Part shown: positions 9,616 to 17,372 of the stretch, in pieces
Position numbering within the stretch: the stretch's first letter is position 1
Layout of the letters: each line of letters begins with the position of its first letter
Origin: Pseudomonadota bacterium
GTDB taxonomy: Archaea > Thermoplasmatota > SW-10-69-26 > JACQPN01 > JAJPHT01
Length of the DNA stretch: 64,000 nt
Assembly (NCBI GenBank): GCA_021325135.1
Contig: JAJPHT010000013.1
Location: forward strand, 99,815-163,814
Direction of reading: 5' to 3'
Position numbers and translations under genes: made by a program
The notes under the pieces: generated by a model
Told to the model about the DNA's origin: nothing
The model's input: the letters and a program-made list of their open reading frames with translations, nothing else
The model's database searches: none

Positions 9616-9786
9616 GCAACGTGCGATGCCTGTCGCCCCCGGAGCCGCGCGAAGCGCGGCGGAGCGGGGCGCGCAGGGCGCATTGCGCCGCTGGTGCGCC
9701 AGCGGTGGCCTGGACCGCTTCACCTGGGGTTGGGAATCCTTTCTGAAGGCCCTGAAGGCGTTTGTCGAGGGCCGGCCGATCAAGTA
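9541..9786 (+). repeat. 74-bp direct repeat (72/74 identical) of the SRPBCC 3' end, bracketing a structured element
   Basis: 9541-9614 vs 9713-9786; mismatches at 9585/9757 and 9597/9769. Confidence 0.95.
9633..9705 (+). mobile_element. Short palindrome-rich repeated element, copy 1 (MITE/REP-like; mobility inferred)
   Basis: TCGCCCCCGGAGC..hairpin..GGAGCGGGGCGCGCAGGGCGCATTGCGCCGCTGGTGCGCCAGCGG; inverted homolog at 12347-12419. Confidence 0.65.
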
Positions 9787-9837
9787 AGAGTCGCAAGGGC
9801 CGCGAACGCTTATCTTGCGCCCACGGGCTGGGCGAGC

Positions 9838-10380
9838 GTGCCCCGCGCGCTCCGTGCCGTGCTCCTGCTGGGCTCCCTTCTCGCGCTGGGCGTCGCCGCG
9901 ATCCTCTGGGGCCCGTTCCTGGTGCGGGACCAGATCGAGGGCGCGGGAGGGCCATTCGGCCAGTGGGTCCGCGCCGCGGGCCTCCTCGCCATCGCGTTGG
10001 CCGCGGTCAGCCTGGGGCGGCGCACGCTCCTGCCGCGGCTGGCGCGGGCCCTCCCGGAGCGGCGCGAGACGCTGCGCCGTCTCGGGCGGACCCTGCAACG
10101 CGACGGTGATATCATCCACCTGACGGCGGGCTTCCTGACGCTGGGCCTCGGGCTCCTCCACGCCTGGTACTCGCCCAGCCTCAATCCGCTCATCTGGGCA
10201 GGCTTCGGCTGCCTCGCCCTCCTCGTCGCCATGGGCGTCGGGCTGCAATGGGGGTTCCTGCCGGTCCTTCTGCGGCGCCCCGTCGCGGCGCGGAACGCCA
10301 AGTGGGCGCTCACCCTCGCGGCCACCGTCCTCATCGTCTGGGGGCACGCGCAGCTGCCGCTCCCGCCGGGCGCTCGCTAG
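9838..10380 (+). CDS. Integral membrane protein, possibly heme-b binding (ferric-reductase-like TM domain)
   Basis: About five TM helices; intramembrane His in IHLTAG...LLHAW and WGH. Confidence 0.6.
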   Translation: MPRALRAVLLLGSLLALGVAAILWGPFLVRDQIEGAGGPFGQWVRAAGLLAIALAAVSLGRRTLLPRLARALPERRETLRRLGRTLQRDGDIIHLTAGFLTLGLGLLHAWYSPSLNPLIWAGFGCLALLVAMGVGLQWGFLPVLLRRPVAARNAKWALTLAATVLIVWGHAQLPLPPGAR

Positions 10381-11198
10381 GGCCTGGCCGTCCACACGCG
10401 CTGCCCGCCGTCGCGGTCTTCCTCCACGCTGCGGAACGCGCCGCGCAGCGCCCGCGTCACGGCCGCCGAGGGCGGCGCCTGCGCCACGTCGGGGAAGAGG
10501 CGCTCCTGCTCCTGCGCGAGGAAGTCCACGAAGGGGTCCACGCCGCGCGGCAGCGGCGCGGGCGCCACGGCGTGCAGCGTGCCCGCGGGTGATAGCACGC
10601 GCGCCCACTCGCGGGCGCAGCGGGCGAGGCTGCGCGCGGGGGGAAGCTCGTTGACGAAGAGGAGGCGCACGTGCGCGTCGCGCAGCGGGACCGCGCTCCA
10701 GGTGCCCTCCAGCGCGACGAGCCCCGCGGGAGGACGCGGCGGCGTCGGCACGCCGGGCGGCAGCACGAGGTAGGTCTGCCGCGGCAGGGCGCGGGCGTAG
10801 GCGCCCAGGATGCGAAGCTCCACCGCGCCGACGCGCGAGCCCGACACCATGGCGACGGGGCCCGCGGGAGGGCGCCACGCGCCGCCGCCCGAGCCGCCGC
10901 GGCGCTGCGAGGCGTGGTACGCGCCCATGAGCCGGTCCAGCGCCTCGCGAAGCTCCTCGCGCAACGCCTCCTCGCCGCGCGCCGCGAGGCGATAGACGCG
11001 CCGCGGCGGGCCCTGCCCCCGGGCCTCGGACGAGGCGAGGAGGCCCGCCTCCTCCAGGCGCGCGAGGCGGCGGTACACCGTCGCGCGGTCCGCGCCCTCG
11101 CCCTCCGCCGCAAGCTGCGCCGCGATCGCGTAGGCGTGGGAGGGCCGAGCCCGCACGAGGCGGAGGATGCGCAGGTCCCGCTGGCTCGTCGCATCCAT
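10377..11198 (-). CDS. PadR-family regulator with C-terminal methyltransferase-like domain
   Basis: PSHAYAI, ATVYRRLARLEEAGLL, GPPRRVYRL..RG; C-terminal VPLRDAHV...REWARVLSPAGTL. Confidence 0.8.
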   Translation of the reverse strand: MDATSQRDLRILRLVRARPSHAYAIAAQLAAEGEGADRATVYRRLARLEEAGLLASSEARGQGPPRRVYRLAARGEEALREELREALDRLMGAYHASQRRGGSGGGAWRPPAGPVAMVSGSRVGAVELRILGAYARALPRQTYLVLPPGVPTPPRPPAGLVALEGTWSAVPLRDAHVRLLFVNELPPARSLARCAREWARVLSPAGTLHAVAPAPLPRGVDPFVDFLAQEQERLFPDVAQAPPSAAVTRALRGAFRSVEEDRDGGQRVWTARP

Positions 11199-11253
11199 GC
11201 GAATAGGTGGAGTCGCATAGATGCCTATAAGCCCCATCGCCGCTGGCCGGCGC

Positions 11254-11706
11254 ATGCGATGGCGCCACGAGGCCCTCGTCCCCGCCAGCCCCGACGCGGT
11301 CTACGCCTGGATGTCCGACTTCCGCGAGGACGACCACGCCCGCGAGGCGTTCCTGCGCGGCTCGGGCGCGAAGCCCGGCGGCGCGGCGTCGCATCGCACC
11401 GTCGTCTCCCGGGAGGGGAACCGCGTGCGGCTCCACGACGCGTGGGGCCGCCGCTCCTTCGACCTGGACGTGGAGCTTGCCCCCGAGGCGCGCGAGGTGC
11501 GCCTCACCGGCGAGTACGGCTACTCCGCCACCTGGCGCGCCGAGCCGGCCGCGGGAGACACCCGCGTCGTCGTCGAGGGCCGCCTGGAGCCCACGGGGAT
11601 CATGCGCCTCCTCGCGCCCCTCTTCTCCCGCGGCATGGCCAAGCAGATGCAGGACGACTTCAACGGCCACGTCGAGGACATGCGCAGCGGCCTCACGAAG
11701 ACGTGA
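11254..11706 (+). CDS. SRPBCC (polyketide cyclase-like) protein
   Basis: VPASPDAVYAWMSDF, TRVVVEG, C-terminal helix; TATAAG about 25 nt upstream suggests a leaderless mRNA. Confidence 0.75.
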   Translation: MRWRHEALVPASPDAVYAWMSDFREDDHAREAFLRGSGAKPGGAASHRTVVSREGNRVRLHDAWGRRSFDLDVELAPEAREVRLTGEYGYSATWRAEPAAGDTRVVVEGRLEPTGIMRLLAPLFSRGMAKQMQDDFNGHVEDMRSGLTKT

Positions 11707-12187
11707 GGAGCGCGCGCACCTTCGCCTCGATGCGCTCGGGGTGGTCGTCCCCAAGCTGGACGTGGCGAAGCTCCCCATCGCGGCCCACGAGGTACAGGGC
11801 GGGCCAGAAGCGGTTCTTGAACGCGTCCCACGCCGCGCTGCGCCCGTCCAGCGCCACGGGGAACGCCACGCCCAGCGCGCGCACGGACGCGCCCACCACG
11901 GCCGCGACGTCCGCGCCGAACGCCGGCTCGTGGACGCCCACCACGGCGAGCCCCAGGGGCCCATACGCGCGATGCATGGCCTCGGCCTCCAGCATCGCGG
12001 ACGCGCAGCGCACGTCGTCGTGCACGAAGAAGACGATGAGCGTCACGCGCCCGCGCAGCGACGCGGGATCGACCGCGCCGCCCACCCAGCCGGTGGCGGA
12101 GCGCAGGGAGAGGAGCGGCCCGTAGAGCGGCGCCGGAGCCGGGGGCTCCAGCCAATCCGCCACCCTCGCGCGCCAGCCCGCGTCCAT
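11693..12187 (-). CDS. Thioredoxin-like redoxin (DipZ-type) lacking the first active-site Cys
   Basis: LRGRVTLIVF, DVRC in place of CxxC, GLAVVGVHEPAF, FPVALD, NRFWPALYLVGRDG. Confidence 0.75.
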   Translation of the reverse strand: MDAGWRARVADWLEPPAPAPLYGPLLSLRSATGWVGGAVDPASLRGRVTLIVFFVHDDVRCASAMLEAEAMHRAYGPLGLAVVGVHEPAFGADVAAVVGASVRALGVAFPVALDGRSAAWDAFKNRFWPALYLVGRDGELRHVQLGDDHPERIEAKVRALLTSS

Positions 12188-12278
12188 GCAGGGCCACCTC
12201 GGCGCCGACCCCTACAAGACGGTTTCCCGATGCGCCCGGGCCAGCAAAGGCTCATCAGGAGGGCGCTCCGGGGCGCTC

Positions 12279-12529
12279 GCCGCCATGATGCTTGGCTTCG
12301 GAATGAGCACCCCCAAACTTCGCGATGACCGAATTTGATTCGACTGCCGCTGGCGCACCAGCGGCGCAATGCGCCCTACGCACCCCGCTCCGCGCCGCAG
12401 GCGGCGCTCCGGGGGCGATAAGCCGGCCGAGGTCATCCAAACGCTCAAGCCAAGCGAGCCGTCCTGGGGCGTGCCGCCATGATGCTTGGCTTCGGAATGA
12501 GCACCCCCAAATTTCGCGATGACCGAATT
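12279..12529 (+). repeat. 57-bp direct repeat (56/57 identical) bracketing element copy 2
   Basis: 12279-12335 vs 12473-12529; one mismatch at 12318/12512. Confidence 0.95.
12347..12419 (-). mobile_element. Short palindrome-rich repeated element, copy 2
   Basis: Reverse complement matches 9633-9705; the first hairpin is kept through compensatory changes. Confidence 0.65.
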
Positions 12530-12546
12530 GGACTTTGCTGAGCGGC
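12473..12546 (+). ncRNA. Putative box C/D-like (K-turn) small RNA
   Basis: GCCGC/GCGGC terminal stem; C-like AUGAUGC, D'-like AUGA, C'-like GCGAUGA, D box CUGA. Confidence 0.4.
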
Positions 12547-12643
12547 TTTCGATCACTGGGGCGGGCCCAAGGGGGAGGGCTTCGTCGCGCGCGCGGCGCG
12601 TGCGCTGGGGGAGTCTGGGCTTGGGGCCACGAAGGGGGCCGTC

Positions 12644-12853
12644 CTACCTGGCCCGGTCGCGGTCGCGCTTGACCTGCCACGCCGTGAGGACCATGCCCAG
12701 GGGGCAGAGGACGGCGGCGACGAAGGGGATCCACGCGTAGCGGCCGTAGCCCCAGAGGGAGAGCGCCAGGACGAGGGCGAAGGGGGCGAGGGCGACGGTC
12801 CAGTGGAGCGCGTCGCGCAGGGCGGTCCGCTGCCGGGGCGTCTCCGGGGCCAC
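12644..12853 (-). CDS. Small two-TM membrane protein
   Basis: Two hydrophobic helices and a basic tail. Confidence 0.6.
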   Translation of the reverse strand: MAPETPRQRTALRDALHWTVALAPFALVLALSLWGYGRYAWIPFVAAVLCPLGMVLTAWQVKRDRDRAR

Positions 12854-12908
12854 GTTCGAGGCAGGCAGCCAGGGGGGATTTGGCGTTTGCGGCGACGCCG
12901 TGCTCGGG

Positions 12909-14405
12909 TCAGGCCTCGGAGAGACGTGTGAGGCGCCGGGCCGCGGCGACGAAGCCCCGCCACTCGCGCAGGCGGCGGTCGCGCTCGTCGGGGGGCATCT
13001 TCGGCGTGAAGCGGCGGTCGAGGCGCCAGGCCTTGGCGAGGTCCGCCCGCGACGCGATGACGCCCGTGCCCAGGGCGGCCAGCGCGGCGGCGCCCAGGGA
13101 GGTGGTCTCGGTCACCTTGGGGCGCTCCACAGGGACGCCCAGGAGGTCGGCCTGGAACTGCATGAGGAACGCGTTGGCGGTGCCGCCCCCGTCGACGCGC
13201 AGCGTGCGCACCTTGACGCCGGAGTCCTCCTCCATGGCCTGGAGCACCTCAGCGGTGCGGTACGCGGTGGCCTCCAGCACGGCGCGGACGAGGTGCGCCT
13301 TGGTGGTGCCGCGGGTGAGGCCCACGAACGCGCCGCGCGCCTCGGCGTCCCAGTGCGGCGCGGCGAGCCCCGCCAGCGCCGGCAGGAAGCGCACGCCGCC
13401 CGCGTCCTTGACCGAGCGCGCGAGCGCCTCCGTCTCGGAGGCCTTCTTCACGAAGCCCAGCTGGTCGCGGAGCCATTGCACGCTGGCGCCCGTGGTGAAG
13501 ATGGAGCCCTCCAGCGCGTACTCCACCTGGCCGTCCAGGTCCCAGGCCACCGTGGCGAGGAGGCGCGACGAGGCGGGGCGCTTTGCCCCCGTGTTCATGA
13601 GGAGGAACGAGCCCGTGCCGTAGGTGTTCTTGGCGTCGCCCGGCGCGTGGCACGCCTGGCCGAAGAGCGCTGCCTGCTGGTCGCCCGCGATGCCCGCCAG
13701 CGGGGCGTCGGCGCCCAGCGCGCTCGCGGTGGCCAGCTCTCCGCTGGAGGGCACGAGAGCGGGAAGGCTCTCCCGCGGCACGCCGAAGAGGCCCAGAAGC
13801 TCGTCGCTCCACGCGCGATGATCCAGGTCGTAGAGCATGGTGCGGCTCGCGTTGGTGGCGTCCGTGACGTGGCTCTCGCCGTTTGATAGCTTGAACGCGA
13901 GCCACGCGTCGATGGTGCCCAGCCGCAGGCGCCCGTCGGCCGCGGCCTTCTGCACCTTGGGCGCGTGCTTCAGGAGCCACTCCATCTTGGTGGCCGAGAA
14001 GTAGGGGTCGGTGACGAGCCCCGTGCGCTCGCGTATCCACGCCTCGCGGCCCTGCTCGCGAAGCTCGTCGCAGCGCGCGGCCGTGCGCCGGTCCTGCCAC
14101 ACGATGGCGCGATGGAGCGGCTTTCCCGTCTTCGCGTCCCACGCCACGACGGTCTCGCGCTGGTTCGTGAGCCCGACGCCCGCGAGGTCGGCGGGCTTCG
14201 TCCTCGACGCGCGGAGCGCCTGCGCCACCACGCGCTGCGTCGTCCGCCAGATCTCCTCCGCGTCGTGCTCGACCCAGCCGGGCCTGGGGAAGTGCTGCGC
14301 GAACTCGCGGTCCGCCGTGGCGAGGGGGCGCAGCCTCGCGTCGTACACCGTCGCCTGCGTCCCGGTGGTGCCCTGGTCGATGGCAAGGATGCGGGGGGCG
14401 GGCAT
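12909..14405 (-). CDS. glpK: Glycerol kinase
   Basis: AIDQGTTG, PGWVEHD, TNQRET, IVWQDRRT, DPYFSATK, TDATNASRT, GDQQAALFG, KNTYGTG, YALEGS, VDGG. Confidence 0.97.
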   Translation of the reverse strand: MPAPRILAIDQGTTGTQATVYDARLRPLATADREFAQHFPRPGWVEHDAEEIWRTTQRVVAQALRASRTKPADLAGVGLTNQRETVVAWDAKTGKPLHRAIVWQDRRTAARCDELREQGREAWIRERTGLVTDPYFSATKMEWLLKHAPKVQKAAADGRLRLGTIDAWLAFKLSNGESHVTDATNASRTMLYDLDHRAWSDELLGLFGVPRESLPALVPSSGELATASALGADAPLAGIAGDQQAALFGQACHAPGDAKNTYGTGSFLLMNTGAKRPASSRLLATVAWDLDGQVEYALEGSIFTTGASVQWLRDQLGFVKKASETEALARSVKDAGGVRFLPALAGLAAPHWDAEARGAFVGLTRGTTKAHLVRAVLEATAYRTAEVLQAMEEDSGVKVRTLRVDGGGTANAFLMQFQADLLGVPVERPKVTETTSLGAAALAALGTGVIASRADLAKAWRLDRRFTPKMPPDERDRRLREWRGFVAAARRLTRLSEA

Positions 14406-14456
14406 CGGGGGCGGATCGCGGCGGCGCGGGAAGAGCGCTTCGCCTCGCCTTCGCTG

Positions 14457-14564
14457 GGGGCTCCGCCCTCTTTCCCCCCGCCAAACCACCGGACCACGGG
14501 ACCCCCGAACCAACGCCGGGGATTCGGCGATTCGGAGATTCGGGGGTTGAAGGGGCGGAGCCCC
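14457..14564. repeat. REP-like inverted repeat pair with internal GATTCGG x3
   Basis: GGGGCTCCGCCC..CCCCCG / CGGGGG..GGGCGGAGCCCC; same family as 46003-46090. Confidence 0.7.
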
Positions 14565-14609
14565 GCTGGCCCGCGAGCGGAGGGGCCTGCCACGAGATCG
14601 CTTCTCGGC

Positions 14610-16586
14610 TCAGCGCGCCGCCGGCAGGCGGATGGTGAAGCGCGCGCCCTGCCCCGGCGCGCTGCGCAGGAGCATCTCGCCGCCGTGCGCCTCGATGATC
14701 CCCTTGGACACCGAGAGGCCCAGGCCCGTGCCTTCGCGCTTGGTGGTGAAGAAGGGCTCGAAGAGGCGCCGCTGCACGTCCTCCGGGATGCCGGGGCCGT
14801 CGTCGGCCACCTCCACGAAGACGTCGCGCCCGTCGCCCCATGCGCGGACCTTGACGTGGCCGCCGCGCTCGCCCAGCGCCTCGCTGGCGTTCTTGACGAG
14901 GTTGAGCACCACCTGGTGAAGCTCCGCGGCGTTGGCCTGCACGCGGGGCATCGCGGGGGCGAGGTCAAGCTCCAGGCTCACGCCGCGGGGCAGGCCGATG
15001 CGGACCACCTGCGCCACGTCCTCCGCGATGGCGCGCACGTCCTCCGGCGCGCGCTCGCCGTTGCCCTGCCGCGCCACGGCCTTGAGCGCGTGCGTGATCT
15101 TGTGGACGCGCTCGACGCCCTCCGAGAGGCGCTGGAGCGAGACGCGCGCGTGGGCCACGTCCATCTCGTCGAGGTCCATGGAGGCAAGCTCCAGCGCGCC
15201 GCGCATGTAGTTGACCGGGTTGTTGATCTCGTGGGCGACGCCCGCGACCAGCGTGCCCAGGGCGGAGAGCTTCTCCTGGCGCGCAAGGGTCTGCTGCTGG
15301 CGGTGGAGCTGCGTCACGTCGCGCACGATGAGGAGCGTGCCCTCGGGAAGCGTCGCGGGGTGGACCTGCACGGTGATCTCCTCGCCGCGCGCGTCCTGGA
15401 TCGTCATCTCCGCGAGGCCGCTGGCGCGCAGGAGGCGCTCGGGCAGCGCGGAGCCCAGGAGCGCCTGCGCCGCGGGGTTCTCGTACTTCACGCGCCCCTC
15501 GGAGACGAGGAGGATGGCGTCGGGCGCGGCGCGCAGCACGGTCTCCAGGCGCTGGAGGGCGCGCGCCTCGCCGATGGCGGCGCCAAGCTGCGCGGCGACG
15601 ATGCGCACGAGCGCCTTCTCCACCTCGGTGATGGTGCTGGCCGCAGGGCGCGGCCGCAGGCGCAGCACGCCGACGCCCGGGATGGGCTCGTCCAGAGGGG
15701 CCGCCCGCTCGTTGGCGCCGGGCCCGAAGGCCTCCGCGATGGCCGGCGCTCCGTCGAGGAGAAGCTCCGCGCGGCCCACGCTGGGGAACACGTCGCCGCA
15801 CGCGGAGAGGATGCGCCGCGACGCGCGCTCCACGTCGCTGGTGCCCACGAGCTCCTTCGCGGCCTCGGCGAGGCGCTTGTGGACCTCCAGCTCGCGGTCC
15901 GCCGCGGCGGAGAGGACGCCGTAGCGGTACGTGAGGAACACGAACGGCATGAGCGCGAGGAGCGTCAGCGGGTGGAGCGACCAGAGCGCCGCCACCGCGA
16001 CGCCGCCGCCCGCGCCCACGGCGCCCGCCAGCAGGCCGGGCCCCACGAAGCGGTCGGCGAAGATGCGCAGGTGCCCCTCCTCGCTGAGGCGGCTGAAGAT
16101 GCCCGCGGTCAGGAAGTTGCTCACCAGGGGGTAGAGGAGCGCGGCGGGGAGCGCGGCGAGGATGGGCGGCGTGCCCAGGCGCGCGACGAGGAGGAACGCC
16201 CCTGCGGCGGCCGCGGAGGCGAGGACGTTCTGGCTGAGGTTGAACGCGGCCTTGAGCCCCTCGCGCTTCATGCGCGCCTGCTCCAGGATGGAGGAGACGG
16301 CGACAAGGAGCGGGAGCGCGGGCGTGGGGATCGCCAGCAGGCCCACGAAGAGGGGCACCTCGTCGAGGACCATGCGGTGCCGGTGGCCGCGCCAGACGAA
16401 CGTGAAGCTCGTCTGCCCCAGGAGGAAGAACGCGGCGACGAAGACCGAGGCGCCCAGCGCGGCGGCCCACCACGCGACGGCGAGGCCTTCGCGAAGCTGG
16501 AGCAGGGTGGCCGCGAACAGGACCGCGACGGCGGCCGCGGCCAGCGCGGTCACGTAGCGCCGCAGCGCGGGGGGGCTCTCGCTCAC
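14610..16586 (-). CDS. Membrane sensor histidine kinase (multi-TM input, GAF-like and PAS regions, HisKA, HATPase)
   Basis: At least six TM helices with KAAFNLSQ; GVAHEINNP H-box; QVVLNLVKNA, DDGPG, FEPFFTTK, GTGLGLS. Confidence 0.95.
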   Translation of the reverse strand: MSESPPALRRYVTALAAAAVAVLFAATLLQLREGLAVAWWAAALGASVFVAAFFLLGQTSFTFVWRGHRHRMVLDEVPLFVGLLAIPTPALPLLVAVSSILEQARMKREGLKAAFNLSQNVLASAAAAGAFLLVARLGTPPILAALPAALLYPLVSNFLTAGIFSRLSEEGHLRIFADRFVGPGLLAGAVGAGGGVAVAALWSLHPLTLLALMPFVFLTYRYGVLSAAADRELEVHKRLAEAAKELVGTSDVERASRRILSACGDVFPSVGRAELLLDGAPAIAEAFGPGANERAAPLDEPIPGVGVLRLRPRPAASTITEVEKALVRIVAAQLGAAIGEARALQRLETVLRAAPDAILLVSEGRVKYENPAAQALLGSALPERLLRASGLAEMTIQDARGEEITVQVHPATLPEGTLLIVRDVTQLHRQQQTLARQEKLSALGTLVAGVAHEINNPVNYMRGALELASMDLDEMDVAHARVSLQRLSEGVERVHKITHALKAVARQGNGERAPEDVRAIAEDVAQVVRIGLPRGVSLELDLAPAMPRVQANAAELHQVVLNLVKNASEALGERGGHVKVRAWGDGRDVFVEVADDGPGIPEDVQRRLFEPFFTTKREGTGLGLSVSKGIIEAHGGEMLLRSAPGQGARFTIRLPAAR

Positions 16587-16622
16587 GCTGGCATGGGCTC
16601 TCCCTGCGGCCCTACATAGCCC

Positions 16623-17360
16623 CTACGCGCGCCGGGCCTGGGCGCCCGAGGCCATGGCCCGGAGCCGCTGCGCGACGCCCGGGTGCGCCTGGAGGTAGGC
16701 CAGGAGGCGCAAGGCCTCCTCCTCGTCCGTGGAGCCGCTGCGCCGCGCGAAGGGGGCCTCCATGTCGCGGTGGCAGTGGGGGCAGGTGGGGCGGGCGCGC
16801 TCGGGGGCGGGAAGGGCCCTCGCGGGCGGGGTCGCCGACGGGACGGGCGTGACCGTGGAGACTGCGGGGGCGTGCGCCGCCGGAGAGGAGGGCCGCCTGC
16901 GGACGGCCGCGAACTCGGCGAACGCGCCCTCGGGGTAGCCGGTGGGCCCCTCGCGCTCGGCCTGCGCGCGCTCCTGGGGGGACATGGCGAGGATCTCGAA
17001 GATGGCGCGGCCGAAGTCGTTCCATTCCCACGGCTTGCGCAGGAGGGCGTGGATGCCCCGCGCGCCAAGCTGCGGAGGCGTCGCCGCGATGTCCAGGTAG
17101 GCCGTCATGAGCGCGCGGGCCGCGTGGGGCGCCACCGCGCGCGTCGCCTCCAGGAAGGCGAGGCCGTCCATCTCCGCCATGTGGTTGTCCGAGAGGACGA
17201 GGTCCACGCGCGGCGCGGCCATGAGCCACGCCAGCGCCTCCTTGGGCCGCGTGAACGCCACGACGCGGACCCCCTCCAGCCTGCGCTGGAGGAAGTCGGG
17301 CGCGATGGCCACCATCTGCTCCATGTCGTCCACCAGCAGGACGACGCGCTCCTCGGCCAC
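16623..17360 (-). CDS. Response regulator with a non-HTH C-terminal extension (CPHC motif)
   Basis: LLVDD, LSDNHMAEMDG, LMTAY, LRKPW; GGAGG RBS directly after the protease stop. Confidence 0.9.
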   Translation of the reverse strand: MAEERVVLLVDDMEQMVAIAPDFLQRRLEGVRVVAFTRPKEALAWLMAAPRVDLVLSDNHMAEMDGLAFLEATRAVAPHAARALMTAYLDIAATPPQLGARGIHALLRKPWEWNDFGRAIFEILAMSPQERAQAEREGPTGYPEGAFAEFAAVRRRPSSPAAHAPAVSTVTPVPSATPPARALPAPERARPTCPHCHRDMEAPFARRSGSTDEEEALRLLAYLQAHPGVAQRLRAMASGAQARRA

Positions 17361-17372
17361 GCTCTTGCCTCC

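Noticed and set aside
9541-9787. Diversity-generating retroelement VR/TR pair
   Set aside because: Two of the three differences have G in the would-be template and A in the gene, the opposite of adenine-specific mutagenesis. All are silent, and no reverse transcriptase is in the window.
12279-12529. CRISPR mini-array or attL/attR pair
   Set aside because: Only two 57-bp copies with 137 bp between them; no cas or integrase gene and no cargo.
12212-12556. 114-aa ORF spanning the repeat region
   Set aside because: Atypical codon use; it reads the two repeat copies in different frames and is better explained as non-coding.
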